A stretch of 32,000 bases of DNA from Zymomonas mobilis subsp. mobilis ATCC 10988 (GCF_000175255.2 NC_017262.1:1740001-1772000), one strand, 5' to 3'. Positions 10,014 to 20,619 are shown, counted from the stretch's first letter. Notes: a model not told the origin generated them from the letters alone. Made by a program: numbers and translations.

Positions 10014-10076
10014 TAATACTAGTCAGTACACAAAATATACTATTACGTATAGCTAAAATTGTACTGACCAGTATTA
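10014..10076. promoter_or_regulatory. Inverted repeat / paired operator-like palindromes upstream of the MlaC-like gene
   Basis: TAATACTAGTCAGTACA (10014-10030) versus the reverse complement of TGTACTGACCAGTATTA (10060-10076): 16/17 match, 29-bp spacer. Each arm contains its own short palindrome (TACTAGTCAGTA, TACTGACCAGTA). Confidence 0.6.
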
Positions 10077-10113
10077 GGGTGCATGGTAATAGATGAACCT
10101 TTATTGAACCGAC

Positions 10114-10449
10114 TTATTCTTGCGCTTTTTCGGCCTTATCTTTATCCGCCGGAGCTGTTCTAAAAAGGGAACTGACCAGCCGAAACAGCATACCCCCCGT
10201 TTTGGAACGCCACAGGAAAATAAAACCGATACCACTCACCGCTGCCACCGTTGCAAGAGGCCGTTTTTGGGCTTCCTGATTAAGGCGATCGACGACATTT
10301 TTACCCGCCTGAACACCTGATTTCACTAGACTACGGGCAATTGACCCCGGTTTCAGATGATTGGTAACATCATCTAACGAAGCCATAAGATGGGTGCGAG
10401 CCTGTTCAAGTTCAGCTTTTTTCTGATTAATTTTAGACGTATGAAGCAT
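10114..10449 (-). CDS. DUF3618-like small membrane-associated protein
   Basis: MLHTSKINQKKAELEQARTHLMASLDDVTNHLKPGSIARSLVKSG... (repeated charged helix 'TLDELKxRLxP' type), then one hydrophobic segment LATVAAVSGIGFIFLW. Confidence 0.7.
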   Translation of the reverse strand: MLHTSKINQKKAELEQARTHLMASLDDVTNHLKPGSIARSLVKSGVQAGKNVVDRLNQEAQKRPLATVAAVSGIGFIFLWRSKTGGMLFRLVSSLFRTAPADKDKAEKAQE

Positions 10450-10503
10450 AGCATGGCGGCCTTTTCAGACCGTTTCCTTCCAGAATGATAGCTTTGGCGA
10501 ATA

Positions 10504-11025
10504 TTACGGTGCCTCGGTCAACCAATGATAAGCGACCAGCACCAGAATAATCGCAATGGGTAACCCCACAGCTGCGAAAATCAGGCCTGCACCCAAAGCC
10601 CCTACAGCATGGATCAAGGCAATGAAAACGCCTACCAACAAACCGATCAGGCCAATAATCGCAAAGGCAGCGGCCAAAACCAACGCAATCGCCGCCTTCG
10701 CAATTCTTTTGACGCGCAGCATGACAATTTCGCGGCAAAAAGCGATTTCATGGTGAAAGAAGTTTTTGGCGGCCTGAATAAGATTCCGAAAAGACTGGAA
10801 AATTCCGGTCTCTTCATAAATGAAATCTTCTCCTCCGGCGGCTTCGGCTTCCATTCTACCTTCTTCCAATCTCGCTTCGGCTTCGGCAACAGCTGCTTCA
10901 TCATTTTCTTCGCCTGTAGCCACCTTTTCGGCAGCTACAGGGTCGATTTCAGCTTCAGACAAGGCCTCGGCGATTTCTTCAGAAGTAATGTTCGATTCTT
11001 TTTCGCCTTTATTTTCCAGCGTCAA
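10504..11025 (-). CDS. Phage-holin-like family (holin-X / DUF1469 type) membrane protein
   Basis: Acidic N-terminus, then FRNLIQAAKNFFHHEIAFCREIVMLRVKRIAKAAIALVLAAAFAIIGLIGLLVGVFIALIHAVGALGAGLIFAAVGLPIAIILVLVAYHWL, with two long TM hairpins. Confidence 0.75.
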   Translation of the reverse strand: MTLENKGEKESNITSEEIAEALSEAEIDPVAAEKVATGEENDEAAVAEAEARLEEGRMEAEAAGGEDFIYEETGIFQSFRNLIQAAKNFFHHEIAFCREIVMLRVKRIAKAAIALVLAAAFAIIGLIGLLVGVFIALIHAVGALGAGLIFAAVGLPIAIILVLVAYHWLTEAP

Positions 11026-11027
11026 TG

Positions 11028-11657
11028 TTATGAATCCTGATGGCTGCTGTCAGAAGAGGATGCATCTGCTTCCTGATGGTTGCAGGCATGATTGGCTTCA
11101 CATTTATGCTTTTTGTGGCTGGCAAAGCGATAAAGCGCATAGCCAAGGGCTGCTGCGACACCAACCGTCACAACTGGGTTACGGCGGATAATGCTATGAC
11201 CGCTTTTGGTGATGTCAGCCAATTTTTTATCTTTCAGAGATTTTGACAATTTGCCGATATGTTTGGAAGCCTTGTGCATATAGTCGCCATAGGAACTTCC
11301 CAGATTTTCGGCAACCAATTCTGCGGTCTGGTCGACGATTTTGGCAACATTATTAACAGCTTCGATGGCTTTGTGATGACCTTCATCACCAATTTCATGA
11401 ATTTTTCCATGAAAGGGACTGTGATCCTGAAATAAATGATGCAGTTTATTTTCTTCTTTTTCAGCAAAATCTTTGGCTTCGGAAAGATGCGATTTTGCTT
11501 TTTCAGCAAGGTGAGAAGCCGTTTCCGATATATGCTGTCCTATATGATGGCCTTCATGTTTTGCTTCATGAGTGGCTTTTTCAGCCTGATTTTCGGCGTT
11601 TTTCTGCAAATCATTGGCAGCTGATGCTACATTCGCCACAGTTTTGTTTTCGGCCAT
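11028..11657 (-). CDS. His-rich, LEA/ElaB(DUF883)-like protein
   Basis: Low-complexity amphipathic N-terminus (ENQAEKATHEAKHEGHHIGQHISETASHLAEKAKSHLSEAKDFAEKEENKLHH), then C-terminal IIRRNPVVTVGVAAALGYALYRF, a typical DUF883-like membrane anchor. Confidence 0.7.
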   Translation of the reverse strand: MAENKTVANVASAANDLQKNAENQAEKATHEAKHEGHHIGQHISETASHLAEKAKSHLSEAKDFAEKEENKLHHLFQDHSPFHGKIHEIGDEGHHKAIEAVNNVAKIVDQTAELVAENLGSSYGDYMHKASKHIGKLSKSLKDKKLADITKSGHSIIRRNPVVTVGVAAALGYALYRFASHKKHKCEANHACNHQEADASSSDSSHQDS

Positions 11658-11813
11658 TGTCTATACTCCAGTTACTCAATACGTAACAATAATCAGTTTA
11701 TCCTAACTATAGAATCGCATGAGAAGCGATAACGTTTCACCATAAGCAATATATTCATTGCAACAGTGGAATTGCCTTATGCGTCAAGGAAGGATAGATC
11801 ATTGACGGACTGA

Positions 11814-13148
<1,335 letters not shown>

Positions 13149-13239
13149 GAATCACAGCTAGAACCGGTTTTTAAACCGCTCTAACTGAATGGGGACATTG
13201 AGCCTTGATTTATCGCTTAAAGCGGTAATTATAGGCTCC

Positions 13240-13557
13240 ATGTCCCTGATTCGTTCAAAGAACAGTCTTTTCCGTGCTGCAATAGGCCCCGCCTTGATGG
13301 TTGTCGTCTTGGGGGTCTTCGTCGGTAATGCCCTTTTGGGGGCAAATGGTTTACTGGCACTCGATGGTTACCGCCAAAAAATGGCCGTTAGAAAAGCGGA
13401 ATTGGCGGCTTTAGAACACCAGCGAGACCAATTGGCGAATAGCATCGCCCTTCTTAATCCCAAGGCTACTGATCCTGATTATGCCGAAGAATTGGTGCGT
13501 AAAGAAACGCGGCAGATCCGGCCGGATGAAGTGATTATTCTCGACAGCCAGAAATAA
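13240..13557 (+). CDS. FtsB/DivIC septum formation initiator family protein
   Basis: MSLIRSKNSLFRAAIGPALMVVVLGVFVGNALLGANGLLALDGYRQKMAVRKAELAALEHQRDQLANSIALLNPKATDPDYAEELVRKETRQIRPDEVII: one TM plus coiled coil. An alternative ATG is at 13189. Confidence 0.85.
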   Translation: MSLIRSKNSLFRAAIGPALMVVVLGVFVGNALLGANGLLALDGYRQKMAVRKAELAALEHQRDQLANSIALLNPKATDPDYAEELVRKETRQIRPDEVIILDSQK

Positions 13558-13875
13558 ATTCAACTTTTGGAATGGATCACCATGATCTAACGAGGACTAA
13601 ACAGCCTTGTTGATTATGGGTAAAAAAGCTTTCTATTTCCTAGGCTGTTATCGCCGCGATTGACAGTTTCTCTTTGAAAAACGCGTCATTATCTCAAATC
13701 ATTCAAGGTCAAAATTCTGTTCTTTTGATGAAGAGCCTTCAAGAGTGACTTTGACGAAATCAATCAATATAAACAAATTACTAAAGACAGAAGGACGGAT
13801 ATTGGTTAAGCCCGAAATCCGTTTTTAATAAACCCGAGCTGTCAGGGCAGGGGTCAGACCCATAATGTCGATTTA

Positions 13876-13914
13876 TCCTGTCCGTCAGAAAATTTTTAGT
13901 CTTTTTTGACAGGA
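13876..13914 (+). promoter_or_regulatory. Possible RBS-occluding hairpin upstream of pdhA
   Basis: TCCTGTC (13876-13882) / GACAGGA (13908-13914); the right arm overlaps the SD AGGAGG (13911-13916). Confidence 0.35.
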
Positions 13915-13923
13915 GGCCTCTAC

Positions 13924-14988
13924 ATGGCCAAAGCAACTCAGGATTCCAATCGGCCTCATAAAGCTGATGTCGGATCCGCCATTCCCAATCACGATTTGCC
14001 ACCGATACCCGGTCGCTATCACGCCGACCGGGAAGAGCTGCTAGAATTTTATCGACGGATGCTGATGATCCGCCGTTTTGAAGAACGGTGCGGACAGCTT
14101 TACGGTTTGGGGCTGATTGCTGGTTTTTGTCATCTCTATATCGGTCAGGAAGCCGTTGCGGTTGGTCTGCAAGCCGCCCTGCAACCGGGACGGGATAGCG
14201 TTATTACCGGCTATCGCGAACATGGGCATATGCTGGCCTATGGTATTGATCCCAAAATTGTTATGGCTGAATTGACGGGTCGTGCCAGCGGTATTTCGCA
14301 TGGTAAAGGCGGCTCGATGCATATGTTCTCGACCGAACATAAATTTTTCGGCGGAAATGGTATCGTTGGGGCTCAGGTGCCGCTTGGTGCTGGATTGGCC
14401 TTTGCGCATAAATACCGGAATGATGGGGGTTGTTCTGCGGCTTATTTCGGTGATGGGTCAGCCAATCAGGGACAGGTTTACGAAGCCTATAACATGGCGG
14501 CTTTGTGGAAATTACCCGTGATCTTCGTCATCGAAAATAACGGTTATGCCATGGGAACCAGTATCCAACGCGCTAATGCCCATACAGCTTTGTCTGAAAG
14601 AGGCGCAGGCTTTGGTATTCCGGCTTTGGTTGTTGACGGCATGGATGTGCTTGAAGTCAGAGGCGCTGCTACAGTCGCGGTTGACTGGGTGCAGGCTGGA
14701 AAAGGGCCCATCATCCTTGAAATGAAGACCTATCGTTATCGGGGACATTCTATGTCTGATCCGGCGCGCTATCGTAGCCGCGAAGAGGTCAATGACATGA
14801 AGGAAAACCACGATCCTTTAGACAATCTGAAAAAAGACCTTTTCGCCGCAGGCGTTCCCGAGGTCGAGCTGGTTAAACTGGATGAAGACATCCGCCAGCA
14901 GGTCAAAGAGGCCGCCGATTTCGCTGAAAAAGCGCCTTTACCGGCTGATGAAGAATTATATACCAATATTCTGGTAGGAAAGTATTGA
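13924..14988 (+). CDS. pdhA: Pyruvate dehydrogenase E1 component, alpha subunit
   Basis: ATG at 13924 with [44 protein letters not shown]; [40 protein letters not shown] (TPP motif). Confidence 0.98.
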
Positions 14989-14989
14989 T

Positions 14990-16378
14990 ATGGCCATAGA
15001 GCTTAAAATGCCCGCTCTGTCTCCAACGATGGAGGAAGGCACGCTGACCCGCTGGCTGGTAAAAGAAGGCGACTCCATCAAAGCTGGTGAAATTTTGGCT
15101 GAAATCGAAACCGATAAAGCCATCATGGAATTTGAAGCCGTTGATGAAGGCGTGATAACGAAAATCCTCATTCCCGAGGGTAGCGAAAATGTCAAAGTTG
15201 GCACCGCTATCGCTTATCTTGGGACGGATGCCAATGATGTGACCTTGGATGGCGCCTCTGCCGAAACCAAAGCAGAAGAAAGCGCCCCTGTTGCATCACC
15301 TGCCAAAACAGAGGCCGCAGCGGTTGAAGAAGCGGCAACGCCTTCATTGGGTAAAGTCATCAATTCCGCTCCCGAAATACCGGAAGGCACCGAATTCTTT
15401 CAGCAGACTTTGCGTGAAGCCTTACGCGATGCCATGGCCGAAGAAATGCGGCGCGATGACCGTGTTTTTGTTATGGGTGAAGAAGTCGCTGAATATCAGG
15501 GTGCCTATAAAGTCACGCAAGGGCTGTTGCAGGAATTTGGCGCGCGTCGTGTCGTGGATACGCCGATTTCCGAATATGGCTTTTCCGGTATTGGTGTGGG
15601 TGCCGCAATGGAAGGTTTGCGCCCTGTCATCGAATTCATGACCATGAATTTCTCGATGCAGGCGATTGACCATATTATCAATTCTGCGGCCAAAACGCAT
15701 TATATGTCCGGCGGCCAAGTCCGTTGTCCTATCGTCTTCCGTGGGCCCAATGGGGCAGCCCCGCGCGTCGGCGCACAGCATACCCAGAATTTCGGGCCTT
15801 GGTATGCCGCCGTTCCCGGATTGGTCGTTCTTGCACCTTATGATGCCATTGATGCCAAGGGCTTGTTAAAAGCCGCTATCCGTTCCGATGACCCTGTTGT
15901 CTTTTTGGAATGTGAACTGCTTTACGGCAAGACTTTTGACGTGCCAAAAATGGATGATTTTGTTTTACCCATTGGTAAGGCGCGCATCATCCGTGAAGGC
16001 AAGGACGTCACGATTGTCAGCTATTCCATTGGTGTCTCTTTTGCACTGACCGCTGCCGAAGCTTTAGCCAAAGAAGGCATTGATGCGGAAGTAATCGACC
16101 TTAGGACGCTTCGCCCATTGGATAAGGAAACGATCCTTCAAAGTCTGGCCAAAACCAATCGTATTGTGACGGTAGAAGATGGCTGGCCGGTTTGCTCGAT
16201 TTCTTCTGAAATTGCGGCCATTGCCATGGAAGAAGGCTTCGACAATTTGGATGCCCCTGTTTTGCGGGTAACCAATGCCGATACGCCGACTCCTTACGCC
16301 GAAAATCTCGAGAAAAAAGGCTTGGTCAATCCTGAAGCCATTATCGAGGCCGTCCGCAAGGTCTGCTATCGCAAGTAA
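14990..16378 (+). CDS. pdhB: Pyruvate dehydrogenase E1 component, beta subunit, with N-terminal lipoyl domain
   Basis: [64 protein letters not shown] is a lipoyl domain; then the E1-beta region [58 protein letters not shown]. Starts 1 nt after the pdhA stop. Confidence 0.98.
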
Positions 16379-16399
16379 ATTGTAAAATTTTTATTTTTG

Positions 16400-16486
16400 T
16401 TCCCGAAATAGTTCGATACTGTCACATATCAAAGTTACACATAAAACTTATGATAATACCTGTCAGAATTTCAACTATTTCGGGAA
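16400..16486 (+). promoter_or_regulatory. 14-bp perfect inverted repeat in the leader of the NPP-family gene
   Basis: TTCCCGAAATAGTT (16400-16413) / AACTATTTCGGGAA (16473-16486), 59-bp spacer. The right arm overlaps the purine-rich SD region before the ATG at 16493. Confidence 0.6.
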
Positions 16487-16492
16487 TGAGAT

Positions 16493-17782
16493 ATGTCAGC
16501 CGGATATAAGCCTCTTAAAAAACGAAAGCCGTGGATATCCGGCATTTTATCGCTCCTCTTGGGTTGCGCTGGATTATCGGTGGTTCACAGCGATGCCATT
16601 GCCGCAACGGCGCATGCAACGGCTCAATCAAAAACGCCTTTAATCCTGATTTCTATAGATGGTTTTCGGGCAGATTATATCAAACGGGGATTAACGCCCA
16701 ATCTGGTCTCTTTGGCTAAAAATGGTAGCTATGCTAAAGTAATGCACCCCTCTTTCCCGTCTATCACTTTCCCCAATCATTATACCTTGGTCACTGGCCT
16801 TTATCCCGATCACCACGGTATTGTTGGCAATAATATGGACGATGCGCATATTACGCCCGATAGCCATTTTAAAATGAGCGATCATCAGGCCGTCACCGAT
16901 CGGCGTTGGTGGGATGAAGGTGAACCGCTTTGGGTCACAGCAGAAAAACAAGGCGTTGTTTCAGCCACGATGTTCTGGCCGGGGTCCGAAGCTGACATCG
17001 AAGGTGTTCGCCCTGAAATGTGGCGGCAATTCGATAGTCATGTGCCTTTCTCAGAAAGAGTCGATCAAGTCTTTTCATGGCTGGCTTATCCTGAAAAGAA
17101 ACGTCCGCAATTCATCACGCTCTATTTTGAAAATGTCGATCATGCGGGACATCTTTACGGGCCCGATTCCCAAGAGGTGAACGACAATCTGGTCAAGATC
17201 GATCAAACCATCGGGCAGCTGGTGCAGGGCTTAAAGCAACGCGGTATCAAGGCCAATCTGGTCATCGTCTCTGATCATGGTATGGCTGCAACCTCTTCCG
17301 ATCGGGTTGTCGCCTTGAATAAAATCCTCGATCCCAGCCTTTATCATGTCGTCACCGGCGGTGCTTATGCGGGTATTGAACCCAGCTCCGGCCATAGCCT
17401 CAAAGATCTTGAGCCTTTATTTGCCTCCCATGACCATATGCAATGTTGGCCGAAACAGCAGATTCCAGCTCGTTTTCATTATGGCCAAAATCCACGGGTT
17501 CCCGCGGTTGTCTGCGCGGCCGAAGTCGGCTGGTCGATCATGGGTGATGATAGCATGGCGGCGCATGCCACCAAGGGCAATCATGGCTATGACAACCAAA
17601 CGCCTGAAATGGGTGCTTTATTTATCGCCAATGGGCCCGCTTTCCAAAAGCATAAAGTGATCGAATCCATGGACAATATTGATGTCCAACCTTTGGTCGC
17701 ACAGGTCTTAAAGCTGAAAGCACCGAAAGGCGATAGCAGCCTAACAGCTTCCGACATCGAACAGCGTTTTCTCGCTCAATAA
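16493..17782 (+). CDS. Ectonucleotide pyrophosphatase/phosphodiesterase (alkaline phosphatase superfamily), exported
   Basis: TPLILISIDGFRADYIKRG...PSITFPNHYTLVTGLYPDHHGIVGNNM (metal site and nucleophile Thr), DHAGHLYGPDS, VSDHGMAATS, TKGNHGYDN. Signal-like hydrophobic N-terminus. Confidence 0.93.
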   Translation: MSAGYKPLKKRKPWISGILSLLLGCAGLSVVHSDAIAATAHATAQSKTPLILISIDGFRADYIKRGLTPNLVSLAKNGSYAKVMHPSFPSITFPNHYTLVTGLYPDHHGIVGNNMDDAHITPDSHFKMSDHQAVTDRRWWDEGEPLWVTAEKQGVVSATMFWPGSEADIEGVRPEMWRQFDSHVPFSERVDQVFSWLAYPEKKRPQFITLYFENVDHAGHLYGPDSQEVNDNLVKIDQTIGQLVQGLKQRGIKANLVIVSDHGMAATSSDRVVALNKILDPSLYHVVTGGAYAGIEPSSGHSLKDLEPLFASHDHMQCWPKQQIPARFHYGQNPRVPAVVCAAEVGWSIMGDDSMAAHATKGNHGYDNQTPEMGALFIANGPAFQKHKVIESMDNIDVQPLVAQVLKLKAPKGDSSLTASDIEQRFLAQ

Positions 17783-17790
17783 TAAAACTG

Positions 17791-17817
17791 CGCCAAAGGC
17801 TCAAACAGCCTTTGGCG
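17791..17817. terminator. Bidirectional terminator between convergent genes
   Basis: CGCCAAAGGCT (17791-17801) - CAAAC - AGCCTTTGGCG (17807-17817), 11 bp perfect, with AATAATAAAA on the left and TTATTTC on the right. It directly abuts the stop of the minus-strand gene at 17818. Confidence 0.85.
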
Positions 17818-18264
17818 TTATTTCGCTTGTGCCGATTCCGAAAGCGAATCAACCAAGGCCATAATCGGGGATAAATCGTAACCGGCATTGGCGGCTTCTG
17901 CGAAAAGAATATCAGCCTCGGATTCCCCTGTTGCCGCGCTGGCCAATGCCCATAAAAAGGCGGAACGTGTTCCGCTAAAACAATAGGCTAATATCGGCTT
18001 ATCTGCTTTTTTCAAAGTCTCTGCCATTGCAACTACGGCCTTTTCATCCAGACCACCGGCGCGAACGGGAATAGCGATATATCCAAGCCCTTCCTCCTTA
18101 GCTGCGGCTTCAATAACGCTGCCAGCAGGTTGATTAGGACTTTCCCCATCGGGACGATTATTGATGATGTACCGAAACCCCTGACGGGCAGCTTCCTTGA
18201 CGTCCTCAACCGATAGTTGGGGACTAACAGCGATTTCACTATTCAGACGTTTAAAACGGTTCAT
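17818..18264 (-). CDS. TIGR01244/DUF442-like family (beta-lactamase-hydrolase-like, PTP-like fold)
   Basis: MNRFKRLNSEIAVSPQLSVEDVKEAARQGFRYIINNRPDGESPNQP...KPILAYCFSGTRSAFLWALA; the phosphatase-like P-loop CFSGTRS. Confidence 0.85.
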   Translation of the reverse strand: MNRFKRLNSEIAVSPQLSVEDVKEAARQGFRYIINNRPDGESPNQPAGSVIEAAAKEEGLGYIAIPVRAGGLDEKAVVAMAETLKKADKPILAYCFSGTRSAFLWALASAATGESEADILFAEAANAGYDLSPIMALVDSLSESAQAK

Positions 18265-18537
18265 TTCTATCCCCGATTATATGGATTGACAGAATTATGC
18301 CACGAAAAGCAAAGGGGCAGGGGACAAAAAAACGATAACAGTAAGATGCCTAATAACTGACCAAAGATGATTTCGGCTGGATAGCCGCGCCCCGATCACA
18401 GTCCTTCACTCCAGCCAATCTGATATAAAGCCGAAATGAGAATCCGGCATTGATAAAACAGAATCCTTTTGAACTCGCTACGGATCCCTTGTTGCCGTCC
18501 CGATATCGCCGCGCTTTTTGTGAAGCGCTATCCGCTA

Positions 18538-20004
18538 TCACCTTCTGTTATTTTTTACTTGTTTAAAAAGCCAGTCTCTAGCCGCTTTGATATAAAAGAA
18601 TTTGCGCGCGGATGCCATGTGATCGACCCCTTTAAAAGTCAGGAAGGTAATATTCCCGTTTTTATCGAGATAGCTATTGATCTGATGGGTTAGTGATTTC
18701 TGATTATCGACAGGAAAAATCAATGAAGGGTCAAGCGTCTCTTCAGGACGGATAACTACGCCACCGGCTTCTCTCCAGACGGGGACACATTTTTCATTCC
18801 ACGGGGTCGCATTGTGGTCTTCTGTTCCAGTGATAATCAGCAATTTTTGCCGAGCAAGACTACGAACATCACTAGGCCGCTGTTGACCGGCAATAATTAG
18901 ACCGGCAGCAAAAGTATCAGGATGCTTCGCCATAAGCCAAAGAGAGGTCATCGCTCCCATTGACCATCCGGTGCAATAGACTCTTCTAGGATCAATTTTT
19001 AAGACTTTATCGCGGCGATCTTCGAGATTGGGATTACCGTAATTCCATGTGTTTTTTAGAAGCGATTCGACCAGCTTATAGGTGTTTTCGACATCATATG
19101 TATGTTCCCAATAGTCATTCATGGTTGTCCGCTCGTAACGGGGCGTGATTACAACACATTCATGCTCCGCCTGTTCTTCAGGCAGACTCCACAGACTAGC
19201 GATACATTGCTCGGTTAATGTTTGGGTACAATTCCCGTCATAACTGGTGCCGGAATGGGTAATAGCTAATAATAGTGGATAGGACTGGCGCTCTCCTCCG
19301 GCTTTCAAAAAAGACTTCGGCAAGTAAATACTATATTCCAACCATGCCGAACGCGTATCATCCCACCACCAGTGATTTTGTTCCCAATCATCGACACCGC
19401 GAATAACGACATGATTCCCTCGGCGATCAGAATTGCTCCATGCGGCTTTACTGGGGGGATAAAGACTTCCTTTAACAGATTTAATCGCTTTATTTTGCAG
19501 GATAACCACTCTGTCACTATCTGCTGTTGGAAGACTTAGATCTGAATCATGCGCAAATTCGATAATGACATATGAGCCATTTTTTGCGGCATTTCGTCCT
19601 AATTGAGGCGCATCATTCGTATAAATGGCGACTATAGAGCGATCTTTTGCGGGTTCAGTAGATTGATTTTTATCTGGCTCTTGCGGCATACCCGCAAAAA
19701 AGCCCTTAGCCACAGGGTAAACCGCCGCCTTATAACTATCCAATTTTAAACTGCTGGGATCAATATCGCTATCGTATTCCACAGCAATACCATAAACTTT
19801 TTCACCGCCACCCGTCACTTCACAAAGCGCATAGACTCTCTGAATACCCGATGTTTTGGCCTGATCTGACTTGCTATCCAGATCAGGGGCGGCGGCTCTA
19901 AATCCGTTACCATTTCCCAAGGCATATGATTTTTGTGTCCCCAATAAAGCGCCTGCTAAAGTTGCTCCGGCTGCCACAAAATTCCGTCTTGAGACCTCGG
20001 TCAT
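18538..20004 (-). CDS. Tat-exported alpha/beta hydrolase (PHB-depolymerase/esterase-like)
   Basis: N-terminal twin-arginine signal TEVSRRNFVAAGATLAGALLG; nucleophile elbow YCTGWSMGAMTSLWL; C-terminal ...FKGVDHMASARKFFYIKAARDWLF supplying the catalytic His. Confidence 0.8.
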   Translation of the reverse strand: MTEVSRRNFVAAGATLAGALLGTQKSYALGNGNGFRAAAPDLDSKSDQAKTSGIQRVYALCEVTGGGEKVYGIAVEYDSDIDPSSLKLDSYKAAVYPVAKGFFAGMPQEPDKNQSTEPAKDRSIVAIYTNDAPQLGRNAAKNGSYVIIEFAHDSDLSLPTADSDRVVILQNKAIKSVKGSLYPPSKAAWSNSDRRGNHVVIRGVDDWEQNHWWWDDTRSAWLEYSIYLPKSFLKAGGERQSYPLLLAITHSGTSYDGNCTQTLTEQCIASLWSLPEEQAEHECVVITPRYERTTMNDYWEHTYDVENTYKLVESLLKNTWNYGNPNLEDRRDKVLKIDPRRVYCTGWSMGAMTSLWLMAKHPDTFAAGLIIAGQQRPSDVRSLARQKLLIITGTEDHNATPWNEKCVPVWREAGGVVIRPEETLDPSLIFPVDNQKSLTHQINSYLDKNGNITFLTFKGVDHMASARKFFYIKAARDWLFKQVKNNRR

Positions 20005-20144
20005 CGTTTTTCTCTGCTTTCAAGGAAAAGATATCTATCAAATTTCTAACATTCTTTACAATGAATATGCCCTGAAAAGGACATTTCACGATAAAGATTA
20101 GGCTTAAGAAAGCAGAGGAAGGATCAATTTTTAAAGAATAAAGA

Positions 20145-20615
20145 TCAGGCCTTTTCTTGCTGCATCAGAGCAATCGCAGCATCGCTCGCCAATTGGTCGG
20201 CTCTTTCATTATCGGGATGTCCGGCATGCCCTTTGACCCATTTCCACGCAATGTCATGTTGGCGGGTCAATGCTAAAAGTTGCTTCCACAAATCGGCATT
20301 TTTAACCGGTTTTTTAGCCGCAGTAAGCCAGCCATTTTTTTGCCAGCCGTGAATCCAGCGGGTCAAGCCATCCATTACATATTTGCTATCGGTGGAAAGC
20401 TCTATCTGGCAAGGCTTTTTAAGGCAGGAGAGGGCTTCAATAACAGCCTGTAATTCCATCCGGTTATTGGTTGTGGGATTTTCAGAACCGGAAATCGCTT
20501 TTTCATGCCCCTGATAACGAAGAAGCGCACCCCAGCCACCAAAGCCGGGGTTGCCTTTGCACGCGCCATCCGTCGCGATCATGACGATTTTATCTTGTGT
20601 CGAGGAATCAGGCAT
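20145..20615 (-). CDS. rnhA: Ribonuclease HI
   Basis: [34 protein letters not shown]...[17 protein letters not shown]...[23 protein letters not shown]...[23 protein letters not shown] at 20615, 4 nt after the thrB stop. Confidence 0.97.
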   Translation of the reverse strand: MPDSSTQDKIVMIATDGACKGNPGFGGWGALLRYQGHEKAISGSENPTTNNRMELQAVIEALSCLKKPCQIELSTDSKYVMDGLTRWIHGWQKNGWLTAAKKPVKNADLWKQLLALTRQHDIAWKWVKGHAGHPDNERADQLASDAAIALMQQEKA

Positions 20616-20619
20616 CAAG

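Noticed and set aside
10504-11025. Prophage lysis module suggested by the holin-like protein
   Set aside because: There are no endolysin, structural or integrase genes nearby. The holin-X/DUF1469 family is commonly chromosomal in alphaproteobacteria.
13160-13189. CGGTTTTTAAACCG as an eno terminator
   Set aside because: Short 6-bp stem with a 2-nt loop and no T-tract afterwards; not strong enough to call.
15422-15781. 119-aa minus-strand ORF inside pdhB
   Set aside because: Antisense shadow of pdhB; its composition simply reflects the complement of E1-beta codons.
16419-16465. Pho box in front of the NPP-family phosphatase gene
   Set aside because: Two CTGTCA hexamers exist, but their 41-bp spacing does not fit the roughly 11-bp direct-repeat spacing of a real PhoB box.
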